A DNA stretch of 64,000 bases from an uncultured Clostridia bacterium (lineage in GTDB: Bacteria; Bacillota; Clostridia; Christensenellales; CAG-917), in NCBI GenBank assembly GCA_963545485.1, contig CAUUJG010000001.1:105446-169445 (forward strand), read 5' to 3'. Numbering within the stretch: the stretch's first letter is position 1; each line of letters starts with the position of its first letter. The notes beneath the pieces were generated by a model, which ran no database searches, was not told where the DNA came from, and saw only the letters and a list, made by a program, of their open reading frames with translations. The position numbers and the translations under genes are program-made. Positions 1 to 9,017 of the stretch are shown here, piece by piece.

Positions 1-392
1 ATACAATAAAAACTGGTGCATTCAACTATATTCAAAGGACGCGTACTTTGATTGATGAAGAAGGGGAGGAAGAGGAAGTCGAAACAAGAATTCAATTTGC
101 AGTAATAAAGAAAGTTGAAAATCGAGCTTTTAACGACATGGATGAAAAATTACTTGAGGTAGCGGAGGATGTTGAAACACATAAGAAGTATGCAACAAAA
201 ATAGAGTTGTTTAAACCTAATGACGACCCAGATAGAGAAGTTGATGTATGGTTTACAAGTGCTGATTTTAAGAAGGATGAAATTTTTGAAGATGGCTGGT
301 GGAACAATATTAAGAAAACTGACGCAGATTATACTAAAATTACAGAAGTAATAGAAAACTTAAGATCAGAAACCGCAATTAATATAATGTAG
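1..392 (+). CDS. hypothetical acidic protein, C-terminal part (frame open to window edge)
   Basis: The frame is stop-free from nt 3 to the TAG at 390-392. The 114-aa track ORF (TTG at 48) is probably the tail of a longer gene starting upstream. Glu/Asp-rich, no motif recognised. Confidence 0.4.
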   Translation, partial: TIKTGAFNYIQRTRTLIDEEGEEEEVETRIQFAVIKKVENRAFNDMDEKLLEVAEDVETHKKYATKIELFKPNDDPDREVDVWFTSADFKKDEIFEDGWWNNIKKTDADYTKITEVIENLRSETAINIM

Positions 393-483
393 AGTTTATG
401 GGGGAAGCGATTCCCCCTGAGGCAATATGTAGTGAAGAATAAATTGATTAAATAAACAGATGTCGGACAAAAGGAGTGATAAG

Positions 484-1539
484 ATGCGAGTTAAGTTCAA
501 GATGTACAGCGTTTGCATAATCATATTAATGTTTTCGATGCTTCTATTTGGATGTACAAAACAAATGAGTCCAGAGGAACTAATAAAACAAAAGTATGCA
601 AATAAAGAATATACTATAACCTTTAATAGTGAAGAACTTGATAAGCCGATCAATCCTATCAAATATAGTATGAATAGAATTCCCGAGTTGCCAACGCCGG
701 AAAAGATAGGTCATATTTTTTTGGGTTGGTATTTTGATAAAGGGTATAGGAATCAGTATGACGACAAATTATTACTTCTGAAAGCAAGTGATGTAATGTT
801 GTATCCAAAATGGGCGAAAGAAGAATTTATTAAAGATGGGAAGTACAATATTGACTTTAAATCTAACATCGAACAAGACACTCTTGTTAAAGGTGAACTA
901 GCAGACAAGTACGGATATAAAGATTTTTCAGAGGCAATTTCAAAAGAAGATACTTACATTGAAAAACGAGGGGACAAAAAAATACTTCGTATAAGTTATG
1001 ATTGTGAACACACAGTTATGTTTGGTTTTCCAAGCCCTTTTGAAGTTTCTATTTCATCGGCAAATCCACAAATTCCACTTGTAGAAAAAAACGGAAATTT
1101 ATCGATAAGCAAAAAGGATATTTTCTTAGACATAACAAATCATCAACTAAATAAACCAATTCGTTTGACAGTTACAGCAACTAATTATCACACGAAGGGA
1201 CTAGGTAAAGCGGAGAGGGAAAAGACAGCAACTACTTATGACATTGAGTTTAAGATAGAGAAAATAAAAGGGTTGGGTGAAACATATGTTGACCCCAAAA
1301 ACGGACTTGCAGATGGGCATTATCTAGCAAAAAGTTTTTATAGACAAATTGAAAACAAAGAGACGATGATGTCAGGATTTAATCCGGTGTATGGATATAT
1401 CGTAGCTGAAAATGGTCAATATAAATATGTTAAAGAAATTAATCCATACTACGGTTTCGTCGGGGATATGGCAAATTTGAAAAAGCCATTAAATGAGAAT
1501 TTTTACTATAGGGGGTACTACCTTTGCCAATTTTTATAG
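484..1539 (+). CDS. surface lipoprotein, N-terminal segment (Flg_new / Listeria-Bacteroides repeat); probably one gene with 1493..4318, interrupted by a frameshift
   Basis: AGGAG sits before the ATG at 484. Signal peptide with lipobox (MRVKFKMYSVCIIILMFSMLLFGC). Flg_new-like IGHIFLGWYFDKGYRNQYDD. The frame ends at 1539, 47 nt after the next ORF opens in the +1 frame. Confidence 0.6.
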   Translation: MRVKFKMYSVCIIILMFSMLLFGCTKQMSPEELIKQKYANKEYTITFNSEELDKPINPIKYSMNRIPELPTPEKIGHIFLGWYFDKGYRNQYDDKLLLLKASDVMLYPKWAKEEFIKDGKYNIDFKSNIEQDTLVKGELADKYGYKDFSEAISKEDTYIEKRGDKKILRISYDCEHTVMFGFPSPFEVSISSANPQIPLVEKNGNLSISKKDIFLDITNHQLNKPIRLTVTATNYHTKGLGKAEREKTATTYDIEFKIEKIKGLGETYVDPKNGLADGHYLAKSFYRQIENKETMMSGFNPVYGYIVAENGQYKYVKEINPYYGFVGDMANLKKPLNENFYYRGYYLCQFL

Positions 1540-4318
1540 TGTGTATACTATTGATTTCGATCCAGACAGACCAAAAGCAGATGAAAAAGGTAAGGGATTA
1601 ATTCAGTCAGATTATCATCCAAGAGAGTACAATGCAGGCAAGATAATTGAATATTCTTTAGAGTATGACAGCAAGGCGAATAGAATGTGGCAAGTGTTTG
1701 ATCTAGGGAATCGGCTAGATAAGCATTTGGTTGCAGTCGGTGCTCCGACTGGATTTATGGAAGTTGTCGGGATGTCAGGTAAGATATCTTCACTGATCAC
1801 AATTGACTATAAAACGATGTTGAGAGTTCCACCTGAATACAAACCTTTAGAGGGGGATTCATATGTTTTTAAGAAAGAAGGACATTTCTATCCTGGTTAT
1901 GAAAGTGATTTGGCGAGCAATGGATATGCTTATGAAAAACAAAAAGAAATCGGAACAACGACAGAGTTCCCTAACTTTTTCTATAGCGCCAAAAATCCGA
2001 CAGATAAAGACGGAAGGATTAAGAGTTTTAGGATGACCACTAGGGGTAGTGATATTCCTTTGAAGAATACAAAGTACAGTTTGCAAACAGTAACTGAAAG
2101 ATATGAAATATTTGATTACGACGTAGCCAATGAATGTTTAATTGGAGATATGATGACGATACAAAAATTTAACACTAATGGTTGGCGTAATCAACATAGG
2201 TATATGCCTAACGGAAAAATGCTACCATTTGGTACTGAGATAAATATAAAAGATTTATTTGACGAGAAGGTTAGCGATTCAGATGTTGAGTACACGGTTA
2301 AAGCATATAAATATTCATCGGCAACTCAATCATTTTCAGAACCAGTAGAGTTGTCGGGAAATTATTTTACATTCAATCAAGACATTAATTTGAACTTTGA
2401 GTTTAGACAAAATGGTTTTACAAAGACGGCACAAGTTCAATTGAGAGAATATATAGAACCAGAGTTTAACTTGAATGCAAGAGCAGAGGATAACTTTGAT
2501 GAATCGAAAACATATTTTGCAGGGGAAAAATATAATTTGCCAAAAGGCACAATCGCAAAATGGGGTGCCAACCAAATCCGATATTTGAATGACTGGTATG
2601 ATGATAAAGAAAATAAAAAAATGCAAAATATCATGTATATGGTGAGATACCAAAAGAGAAACGGAATAATGCATTTAATCTCATCTGATTTGAAACAGAC
2701 TGAGGATTTTGTAATTGAACAAGGAGTAAAGCAGGAGACTTGGATTTATTATATTCATAATATATTTGGGGAAGTGAGAAGATTTGAAGTTACATTGAAA
2801 ACAGAAGAAAATCCAAAGTATACAATAACAAATAGTGCTGGAGACAAACTTGCAGAGAAAATTTCTAGAAAGGATAAAGATGGAAATTTATTTCCTGAGA
2901 AAACAATGTTAGTTGCAAGCATGGACACAGAAGTAGAATTTAAAAGTTATGGAAATGATACATTCAAATATAATGTTGTTGATAAGACAGGAACATTTGA
3001 AATATATAAGTATTATTTAATAACATCAGAAACAAATGAAGAAGAGTATGTAACTGGAAGATCGGCACCTGCGGTGTACGACGAGATATATGAAAAGGTA
3101 AAGGCAAGAGGCGGGGTAGTCAATGTTGAATATATGTCGGGCAAGGAGAGTTTTAATATACAATTCGTAGTACACGGAATGTTTGGTGACAAGAAGGAGT
3201 TAAAACCGATAGAGCATACAACATTATTTACAGGGCATAAATATATGTTTGCCGAAAAGTATATTAAAGATAAAGACGGGAATATTCTTGCTAGAAATTC
3301 TTTAGAAGTTCACTATACGGTCGACGGCAAGGCCTTGTATAATTCGGGGCAATATTTTGATGTAGAAGAAATAGGGGAAGGACATAAATACATAACATTT
3401 AAAGAACCGGGCAAGTATAGATTCTATTACAAGTATTATGCGAATAATATGTTTTTTATAAAGTCAATAGAAGTTGAAGTTAAAAGTAATGGTGGAAATG
3501 TAGAAGTAAAATATGTAACTGATTTTGAACATCCATTCAAAGATGGAAGTATAGAAAAGACATTTACACACAATTTGAAGAATGAATTTTCATTTTTAGA
3601 GGAAAAATACTTTGATGATAAGGGAGACTATTTGTTAGGGTATACATACAAAACAACTGAGTATAAAAAATCGCCAGGTTATCCGTATAAAATAAGAAGC
3701 TATATAAAAGAATTTAATTCGGATAAAATTGAGATAAAAGTAATTTGGGATAAAGGTTCGGTAGTAACATTAAATCTTGATAAGGCGAAGACTGGATTTG
3801 ATAATGTTGTTGCAGATAAGGTGTATAAGCAAAGTAGTAAAGATAAAAAATATTATTTTGACAACAAAATGATAAATGTAGAAGAAATTATCAAGAAAAA
3901 AGCCGATGATATAAATAAGAAGTATATACTTGTTGGAATTAAAAGTAGTATTTTTGAAGGTGGGTATATTAGTATAGAAAATTACAATAAAGGAATATCA
4001 TGGAGAACAGCATCAAATTCAATAGAGTTTGAACTTGTATACAAAAGGAAGCTTAAACTTAGTTACGAGATGGATAGTACATATACGAACAGTTTTTTCA
4101 AGTATCATGACATAGTCGAGGATGAGGTGTTGGGGGAGAAGAACTATAAAATACCGCAATTAAAAGGCGAGTATCAAGATACACATAAATTTGTCGGATG
4201 GTATTTGAAAGGCGATATAAGTAAAACAATAATAGATTTTAAAACATTTATCGCAAGATTGTCACAAGCGAATGCCAATGGAGTTATAACAGTTGTAGCA
4301 AAATTCGAAACAAAATAA
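1493..4318 (+). CDS. large surface protein, C-terminal segment (941 aa) ending in a Flg_new repeat; likely continuation of 484..1539
   Basis: 2.8-kb ORF with no RBS or signal peptide of its own. The +1 frame is closed by TAA immediately before 1493. C-terminus HKFVGWYLKGDISKTIIDFKTF is Flg_new-like. Confidence 0.6.
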   Translation: MRIFTIGGTTFANFYSVYTIDFDPDRPKADEKGKGLIQSDYHPREYNAGKIIEYSLEYDSKANRMWQVFDLGNRLDKHLVAVGAPTGFMEVVGMSGKISSLITIDYKTMLRVPPEYKPLEGDSYVFKKEGHFYPGYESDLASNGYAYEKQKEIGTTTEFPNFFYSAKNPTDKDGRIKSFRMTTRGSDIPLKNTKYSLQTVTERYEIFDYDVANECLIGDMMTIQKFNTNGWRNQHRYMPNGKMLPFGTEINIKDLFDEKVSDSDVEYTVKAYKYSSATQSFSEPVELSGNYFTFNQDINLNFEFRQNGFTKTAQVQLREYIEPEFNLNARAEDNFDESKTYFAGEKYNLPKGTIAKWGANQIRYLNDWYDDKENKKMQNIMYMVRYQKRNGIMHLISSDLKQTEDFVIEQGVKQETWIYYIHNIFGEVRRFEVTLKTEENPKYTITNSAGDKLAEKISRKDKDGNLFPEKTMLVASMDTEVEFKSYGNDTFKYNVVDKTGTFEIYKYYLITSETNEEEYVTGRSAPAVYDEIYEKVKARGGVVNVEYMSGKESFNIQFVVHGMFGDKKELKPIEHTTLFTGHKYMFAEKYIKDKDGNILARNSLEVHYTVDGKALYNSGQYFDVEEIGEGHKYITFKEPGKYRFYYKYYANNMFFIKSIEVEVKSNGGNVEVKYVTDFEHPFKDGSIEKTFTHNLKNEFSFLEEKYFDDKGDYLLGYTYKTTEYKKSPGYPYKIRSYIKEFNSDKIEIKVIWDKGSVVTLNLDKAKTGFDNVVADKVYKQSSKDKKYYFDNKMINVEEIIKKKADDINKKYILVGIKSSIFEGGYISIENYNKGISWRTASNSIEFELVYKRKLKLSYEMDSTYTNSFFKYHDIVEDEVLGEKNYKIPQLKGEYQDTHKFVGWYLKGDISKTIIDFKTFIARLSQANANGVITVVAKFETK

Positions 4319-4363
4319 CCCACATTAATGAATTGCAAATCTAGCGGATTATAATCTTTATTA

Positions 4364-4606
4364 TTGATAAAGTTAGATTTTAGCAATTTTCATAGGCATT
4401 TTGATATCACACCTGTACTTAGGTGGAATATGGATAATATATTTATTAGGACCGACCCTGCAAGAAATATTAAAGCAGATAAGAAAAAGTCCACAGAAAA
4501 GATTGACGGGTCTATTGCAATGATTATGGCACTTGATAGGGCGATTAGGTGTGGGAATCAAAACACAGAGAGTGTATATGACAGCAGAGGTATTTTGTTT
4601 ATGTGA
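4364..4606 (+). pseudogene. phage terminase large subunit, C-terminal fragment only
   Basis: The 80-aa ORF ends with NIKADKKKSTEKIDGSIAMIMALDRA, the conserved C-terminal signature of Terminase_1-type large subunits. The roughly 450 aa N-terminal ATPase/nuclease body is absent. Confidence 0.7.
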
Positions 4607-4610
4607 AGTT

Positions 4611-4737
4611 TATCATTCCGTTATAGCAGATGATATTATTCCATATATAAGGTATCGTTCCACAAAACAGTATTATTCCGATAAATGATATATGTTATTC
4701 CCATTTTGCCGATATTATTCCGATAAGATGGTATAAT
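4611..4737 (+). promoter_or_regulatory. six direct TATYATTCC boxes (two as TATTATTCCGATAA) plus an extended -10 (TGgTATAAT, 4729-4737) upstream of the Fic gene
   Basis: Boxes start at 4611, 4634, 4653, 4671, 4693 and 4713, spaced 18-23 bp, all in the same orientation. The last box abuts the -10 element, 24 nt before the ATG at 4761. Confidence 0.55.
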
Positions 4738-4760
4738 ATGAAAGAATGGAGAGATGATTT

Positions 4761-5654
4761 ATGTACATTACAGTGAAACAAGCAGCTGAAAAATGGGGAA
4801 TATCTGACAGAAGAGTAAGAATTTTATGTTCAGAAGGAAAGATTCCCGGTGCATATCAAGAAGGAAGAGGTTGGAAAATACCTTATGATGCGACAAAGCC
4901 GACTGATGGAAGATATAATATTAAGGAATCACTCATTCCAATTATAGAAGACAAACTAGAAATTCTTAAAAGAAGAAAACCTTTAACAGAAGGAGAGCTG
5001 GAAAGATTAAATGATGAATTTCTAACAGAATATATCTATAATTCAAATGCAATCGAAGGCAATACCTTAACTTTGCGAGAGACAGATATGGTTCTTAGAG
5101 GTCTTGCTATTGACCAGAAATCATTGAAGGAGCATTTGGAGGTCATTGGACATAAAGAAGCCTTTGACTATGTTAGGCAACTTGTTAGTGAAAATGCCCC
5201 AATATCTGAAAAAGTAATAAAGGATATTCACTATCTGGTCTTGGCTGATAAGAAAGAAGATAAAGGCATATATAGAAGAGTTCCGGTTAGGATTATGGGG
5301 GCAGCACATGAACTTGTACAGCCATATTTGATTATTCCCAAAATGGAAGAATTACTGGAACAATATAAAAACAGCAATGAAGATATTGTGACTAAGCTTG
5401 CCCGTTTTCATATTGAATTTGAAGATATACATCCTTTTATTGATGAAAACGGAAGAACTGGAAGATTACTGGTTAACTTGGAACTAATGAAAGCGGGTTA
5501 TCCGCCGATAGATATAAAGTTTAATGATCGCCTGAAATATTATGAAGCTTTTGATGAATATCATGTAAAACATAATATATCGGCAATGGCAGATATGTTT
5601 GCAAGATATTTAAATCAGAGGCTAGATTCATATTTGTCTATTTTGGATAGGTGA
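4761..5654 (+). CDS. Fic-family protein with N-terminal excisionase/MerR-like HTH
   Basis: N-terminal HTH MYITVKQAAEKWGISDRRVRILCSEGKIPG. Inhibitory-helix-type motif SNAIEGN. Fic core HPFIDENGRTGR. GGAG RBS present. Confidence 0.85.
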   Translation: MYITVKQAAEKWGISDRRVRILCSEGKIPGAYQEGRGWKIPYDATKPTDGRYNIKESLIPIIEDKLEILKRRKPLTEGELERLNDEFLTEYIYNSNAIEGNTLTLRETDMVLRGLAIDQKSLKEHLEVIGHKEAFDYVRQLVSENAPISEKVIKDIHYLVLADKKEDKGIYRRVPVRIMGAAHELVQPYLIIPKMEELLEQYKNSNEDIVTKLARFHIEFEDIHPFIDENGRTGRLLVNLELMKAGYPPIDIKFNDRLKYYEAFDEYHVKHNISAMADMFARYLNQRLDSYLSILDR

Positions 5655-5794
5655 AAATTAAAAAGGGTTAGATAAATGATAATTTGTAGAGAGTTACATG
5701 GATTTTGATTTTGAACACTGTTTGATAGTTGAAAACAAAGATTTGCAGTGATTTGTTAGACTCTTTAGCAAGGTGTTGAAATAATTTAAAATTT

Positions 5795-8464
5795 TTACAG
5801 TTTAGATATTAATTTTTGTTTAGCTTTATTTTCTTGAATCTTCTTTTTAATAATGTCGAGAAAACTTCCATTGTTGTATTTCTTATAGAGCTTATGTAAT
5901 CCGAATGAGAGTAGTGAGAATACAAGTCCAGAAATAATTACGACAATAAGAATTGCACCAACCATAGGGCTTTTTACATTTGCATTTTCTATTCCGAGCC
6001 ATGATTGTAAAGTTTGTCCTTTTTCAATGCTTCCAAAGTTTACAAAATAAGCACCTATAAAGGCTACAAATAATAAGAAGAACATGACCGTATTGGTATT
6101 GTTGAAAGGCATTGAAACCTTAAACAAGTACACAAATGATATCAACATAGTCGTGATAACATACATGCCTTGTATTTGATGAGCATCTAAAGTTATAAAT
6201 TTCGGTAAAATGAACTTGCTAGATATAATAACTCCAGCAATTCCGAGCATAACAGCTAGTGTGCCGGGCAAAGCATCAGATAGAACTTTGGGTAAAAACC
6301 GTCCTGTGACCCTATTATGGTTAGGTTCTAACGCTAAAACAAAAGATGGAATACCTATTGTAAGCCCAGCAATGAATGTCAGGTGCTTAGGCTCAAAAGG
6401 AAGTTCAAAGTTAACAAGCATCATAAATAGTATTGCAATGCATAGAGAGTAGAATGTTTTAACAAGATATAGAGATGCTGATCTTTCAAGGTTATTAATT
6501 GAACGGCGACCTTCAGCGACAACTTTAGGGATTGATGCAAAATTTGAATCCATTAAAATTAATGAGCTTACATTTTTAGCTGCATCCGAACCCGAAGCAA
6601 CAGTGATTGAACAGTCAGATTCTTTTAGTGCCAAAACATCATTAACCCCGTCACCAGTCATTGCAACTGTGTGTCCATTGGCTTTTAAAGCTTTAACAAG
6701 AAGTAATTTTTGATCTGGAAGGACTCTTCCGAAAACAGTATATTTTTCAGCAGCATCATATATTTCTTCTTCGGAAGATAATGTGGACATATCTATTATA
6801 TTTTCACAGTCAGTTAATCCAGCTCTTAACGCTACAGCTCTGACAGTATCTGGATTGTCACCGGATATTATTTTCACATCAACACCTTCTTGTTTAAAGA
6901 ATTTTAGTGTGTCAGGGGCTTCTTTACGTATTTTGTCGGTTAAAAATATAAAGCCCTCAAATTTAATTGAATTTGGTAATTTTTCCTTGGTGACTTTTTG
7001 TTCTGTAGAAGCAAAAGCAAGTACACGAAAGCCTTGTTGTGACATCTCAATGATTTTATTTCTCATCTGGTTAGTAGGTTCTTTAAATACAAATTCGGGA
7101 GCCCCAAGAATATAAAAGGTTTTATCAAATTTAGCAGCACTCCATTTTCTTTGAGACGAGAAAGCAATAACTTCGGAAGCATCTTCATTTGACTGTACAT
7201 TCATTAAGTAATCTTTAATTGCATTTGCGGTTGTATTGTCATCTTTAACTGCAGCTATGAAGTTCTTTAATAGCTTTTTAAATTTGTCAGTATCTCCAGA
7301 ATGAGAGTACAGCGAATGAACATCCATAGAACCTTCTGTGATAGTACCTGTTTTATCAAGACAAATGACATCAACACGAGCTAATGTCTCAATGCAGTAT
7401 AAATTTTGAGCTAATGTTTTATGTTTTGATAGTCTAATAACACTGATAGCAAATACGGCTGTGGTAAGAGCTATTAATCCGGATGGGATCATTCCTAACA
7501 AAGTGCCAATAGTGCTTTTTCCGATTTTAGTTAGTTCAAAAATTCTCTGATTTCCTTTTAATTTAAATCCGCCGTTTGAAGCGAAAAATTTTGTGCAGAA
7601 AAGAGCAATACCGACTGGAATAATAATGATTGCCATGATTTTAATAATAAGCATTATAGATTTTAATATTTCTGAATTATGCTTTTTTAGATATTTAGCA
7701 CCTGCACTAATTTTCATTGCGAAACTGTCCAGACCAACTTTTTCAACTTTTGTTGCGGCTCTTCCGGATACTACATAGCTTCCGCTTATGATTTTATCTC
7801 CCGGCATTTTTAGTATGGCATCTGGTTCACCTGTGATTAGAGACTCATTAACTTCTATTTGCCCTGATATAACCACACTATCAGCACATATTTGATGCCC
7901 TGTTTTAAGAAGAATTAAATCGTCAACGACAATTTCGCTTACTTGGATATCTTTTTGTATACCGTCCCTGACAACTTTAACTTTTGGAGCTGACAATATA
8001 GAGAGTTTATCAATTGTTTTTTTTGCTTTTAATTCCTGAGCGATTCCGACAGCTGTATTTATTATAAGGAGTAAAACAAATCCGAAATTTGCAGCTGCAT
8101 TTACATTTTTGTATAGAGGATTGTTAGGAAATTCTCTTTGAAGAGCTCTTGTAACTGCAGAATTTTGAATAGATAAAGGAATTAAAAATATTAATAGTAA
8201 AATGAGAACTAAATTAAAAAATGTAAATATATTAGTAGCAAATATCTGGGCGACCGATTTCGTTTTAACTTGATGGTTGCCATTTACACGACCATCTGCT
8301 ATTCGTTCATCTACTTCTTTACTATTTAGTCCGTTATAAGTTGATTCTTTAAGTATGTCTTCTGTTGAGGGGAGTTTCTGATCGGTTTCATTTTTGAGCG
8401 AAAGAAACTTACTATCGTCATCACGACGATAGCCAAACTTCAAAAGACTCTTACTAATTTTCAC
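5795..8464 (-). CDS. cation-transporting P-type ATPase (HAD-IC, Ca2+/Mg2+-type)
   Basis: Motifs ITGEP, CLDKTGTITEG and MTGDGVNDVLALK, with multiple TM segments. 889 aa, GTG start overlapping the hup stop. Confidence 0.9.
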   Translation of the reverse strand: MKISKSLLKFGYRRDDDSKFLSLKNETDQKLPSTEDILKESTYNGLNSKEVDERIADGRVNGNHQVKTKSVAQIFATNIFTFFNLVLILLLIFLIPLSIQNSAVTRALQREFPNNPLYKNVNAAANFGFVLLLIINTAVGIAQELKAKKTIDKLSILSAPKVKVVRDGIQKDIQVSEIVVDDLILLKTGHQICADSVVISGQIEVNESLITGEPDAILKMPGDKIISGSYVVSGRAATKVEKVGLDSFAMKISAGAKYLKKHNSEILKSIMLIIKIMAIIIIPVGIALFCTKFFASNGGFKLKGNQRIFELTKIGKSTIGTLLGMIPSGLIALTTAVFAISVIRLSKHKTLAQNLYCIETLARVDVICLDKTGTITEGSMDVHSLYSHSGDTDKFKKLLKNFIAAVKDDNTTANAIKDYLMNVQSNEDASEVIAFSSQRKWSAAKFDKTFYILGAPEFVFKEPTNQMRNKIIEMSQQGFRVLAFASTEQKVTKEKLPNSIKFEGFIFLTDKIRKEAPDTLKFFKQEGVDVKIISGDNPDTVRAVALRAGLTDCENIIDMSTLSSEEEIYDAAEKYTVFGRVLPDQKLLLVKALKANGHTVAMTGDGVNDVLALKESDCSITVASGSDAAKNVSSLILMDSNFASIPKVVAEGRRSINNLERSASLYLVKTFYSLCIAILFMMLVNFELPFEPKHLTFIAGLTIGIPSFVLALEPNHNRVTGRFLPKVLSDALPGTLAVMLGIAGVIISSKFILPKFITLDAHQIQGMYVITTMLISFVYLFKVSMPFNNTNTVMFFLLFVAFIGAYFVNFGSIEKGQTLQSWLGIENANVKSPMVGAILIVVIISGLVFSLLSFGLHKLYKKYNNGSFLDIIKKKIQENKAKQKLISKL

Positions 8465-8736
8465 TATGCGCTAAATCTATCCTTAAATGCTTTTGCAAAT
8501 TTTAAATTAGGATTTTTGCAAGCTGCGATTTTGATAGGTTCTTTTGTTTTAGGATTGATTCCGTCTCTTTCAGGACGTTCCTTTAATTCAAAAGTACCGA
8601 AACCAGCAATTGCGACTTTGTCCTTTGTGATTGATTCTGCAATTACATCAAAAAATGTATCAAGAGTTTTTGTTACTTCTGATACAGACTGTTCAGTTTT
8701 TTCAATAATAGCTGTGATTAATTCTTTTTTATTCAT
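8464..8736 (-). CDS. hup: HU family DNA-binding protein
   Basis: 90 aa: MNKKELI...IAGFGTFELKERPERDGINPKTKEPIKIAACKNPNLKFAKAFKD, the typical HU arm and fold. Confidence 0.95.
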   Translation of the reverse strand: MNKKELITAIIEKTEQSVSEVTKTLDTFFDVIAESITKDKVAIAGFGTFELKERPERDGINPKTKEPIKIAACKNPNLKFAKAFKDRFSA

Positions 8737-9017
8737 GCTATTCCTCCTCGTTACATAAAAAAATATAACAAAAATCGACTTTCAATACAATAAAAAAAAT
8801 TACACTAATGGATTATTGAAAATTGTAAAAACACAGCATATTGTGGTTTAAAGAAACAAAAAACCACTAAATATTGTGTTTTGTTATCATAAAAAATAAT
8901 TTTTTAAAGATTTTTGTATGGTAATGGTGTTTTTGTTTGTCATATGATAGGCATTTGTTTATAATTTGCTTGTAATTTTCTTTTTGGAAGTTATATCGAA
9001 AGTATAGGAGGAATTCA

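Noticed and set aside
8827-8882. Long imperfect inverted repeat (aaaacaca..gtggttt / aaaccac..tgtgtttt) in the hup / aldolase-like divergent region
   Set aside because: The central part pairs poorly and the arms are A/T-rich. It could be a promoter-region structure, but the evidence is too weak to call.
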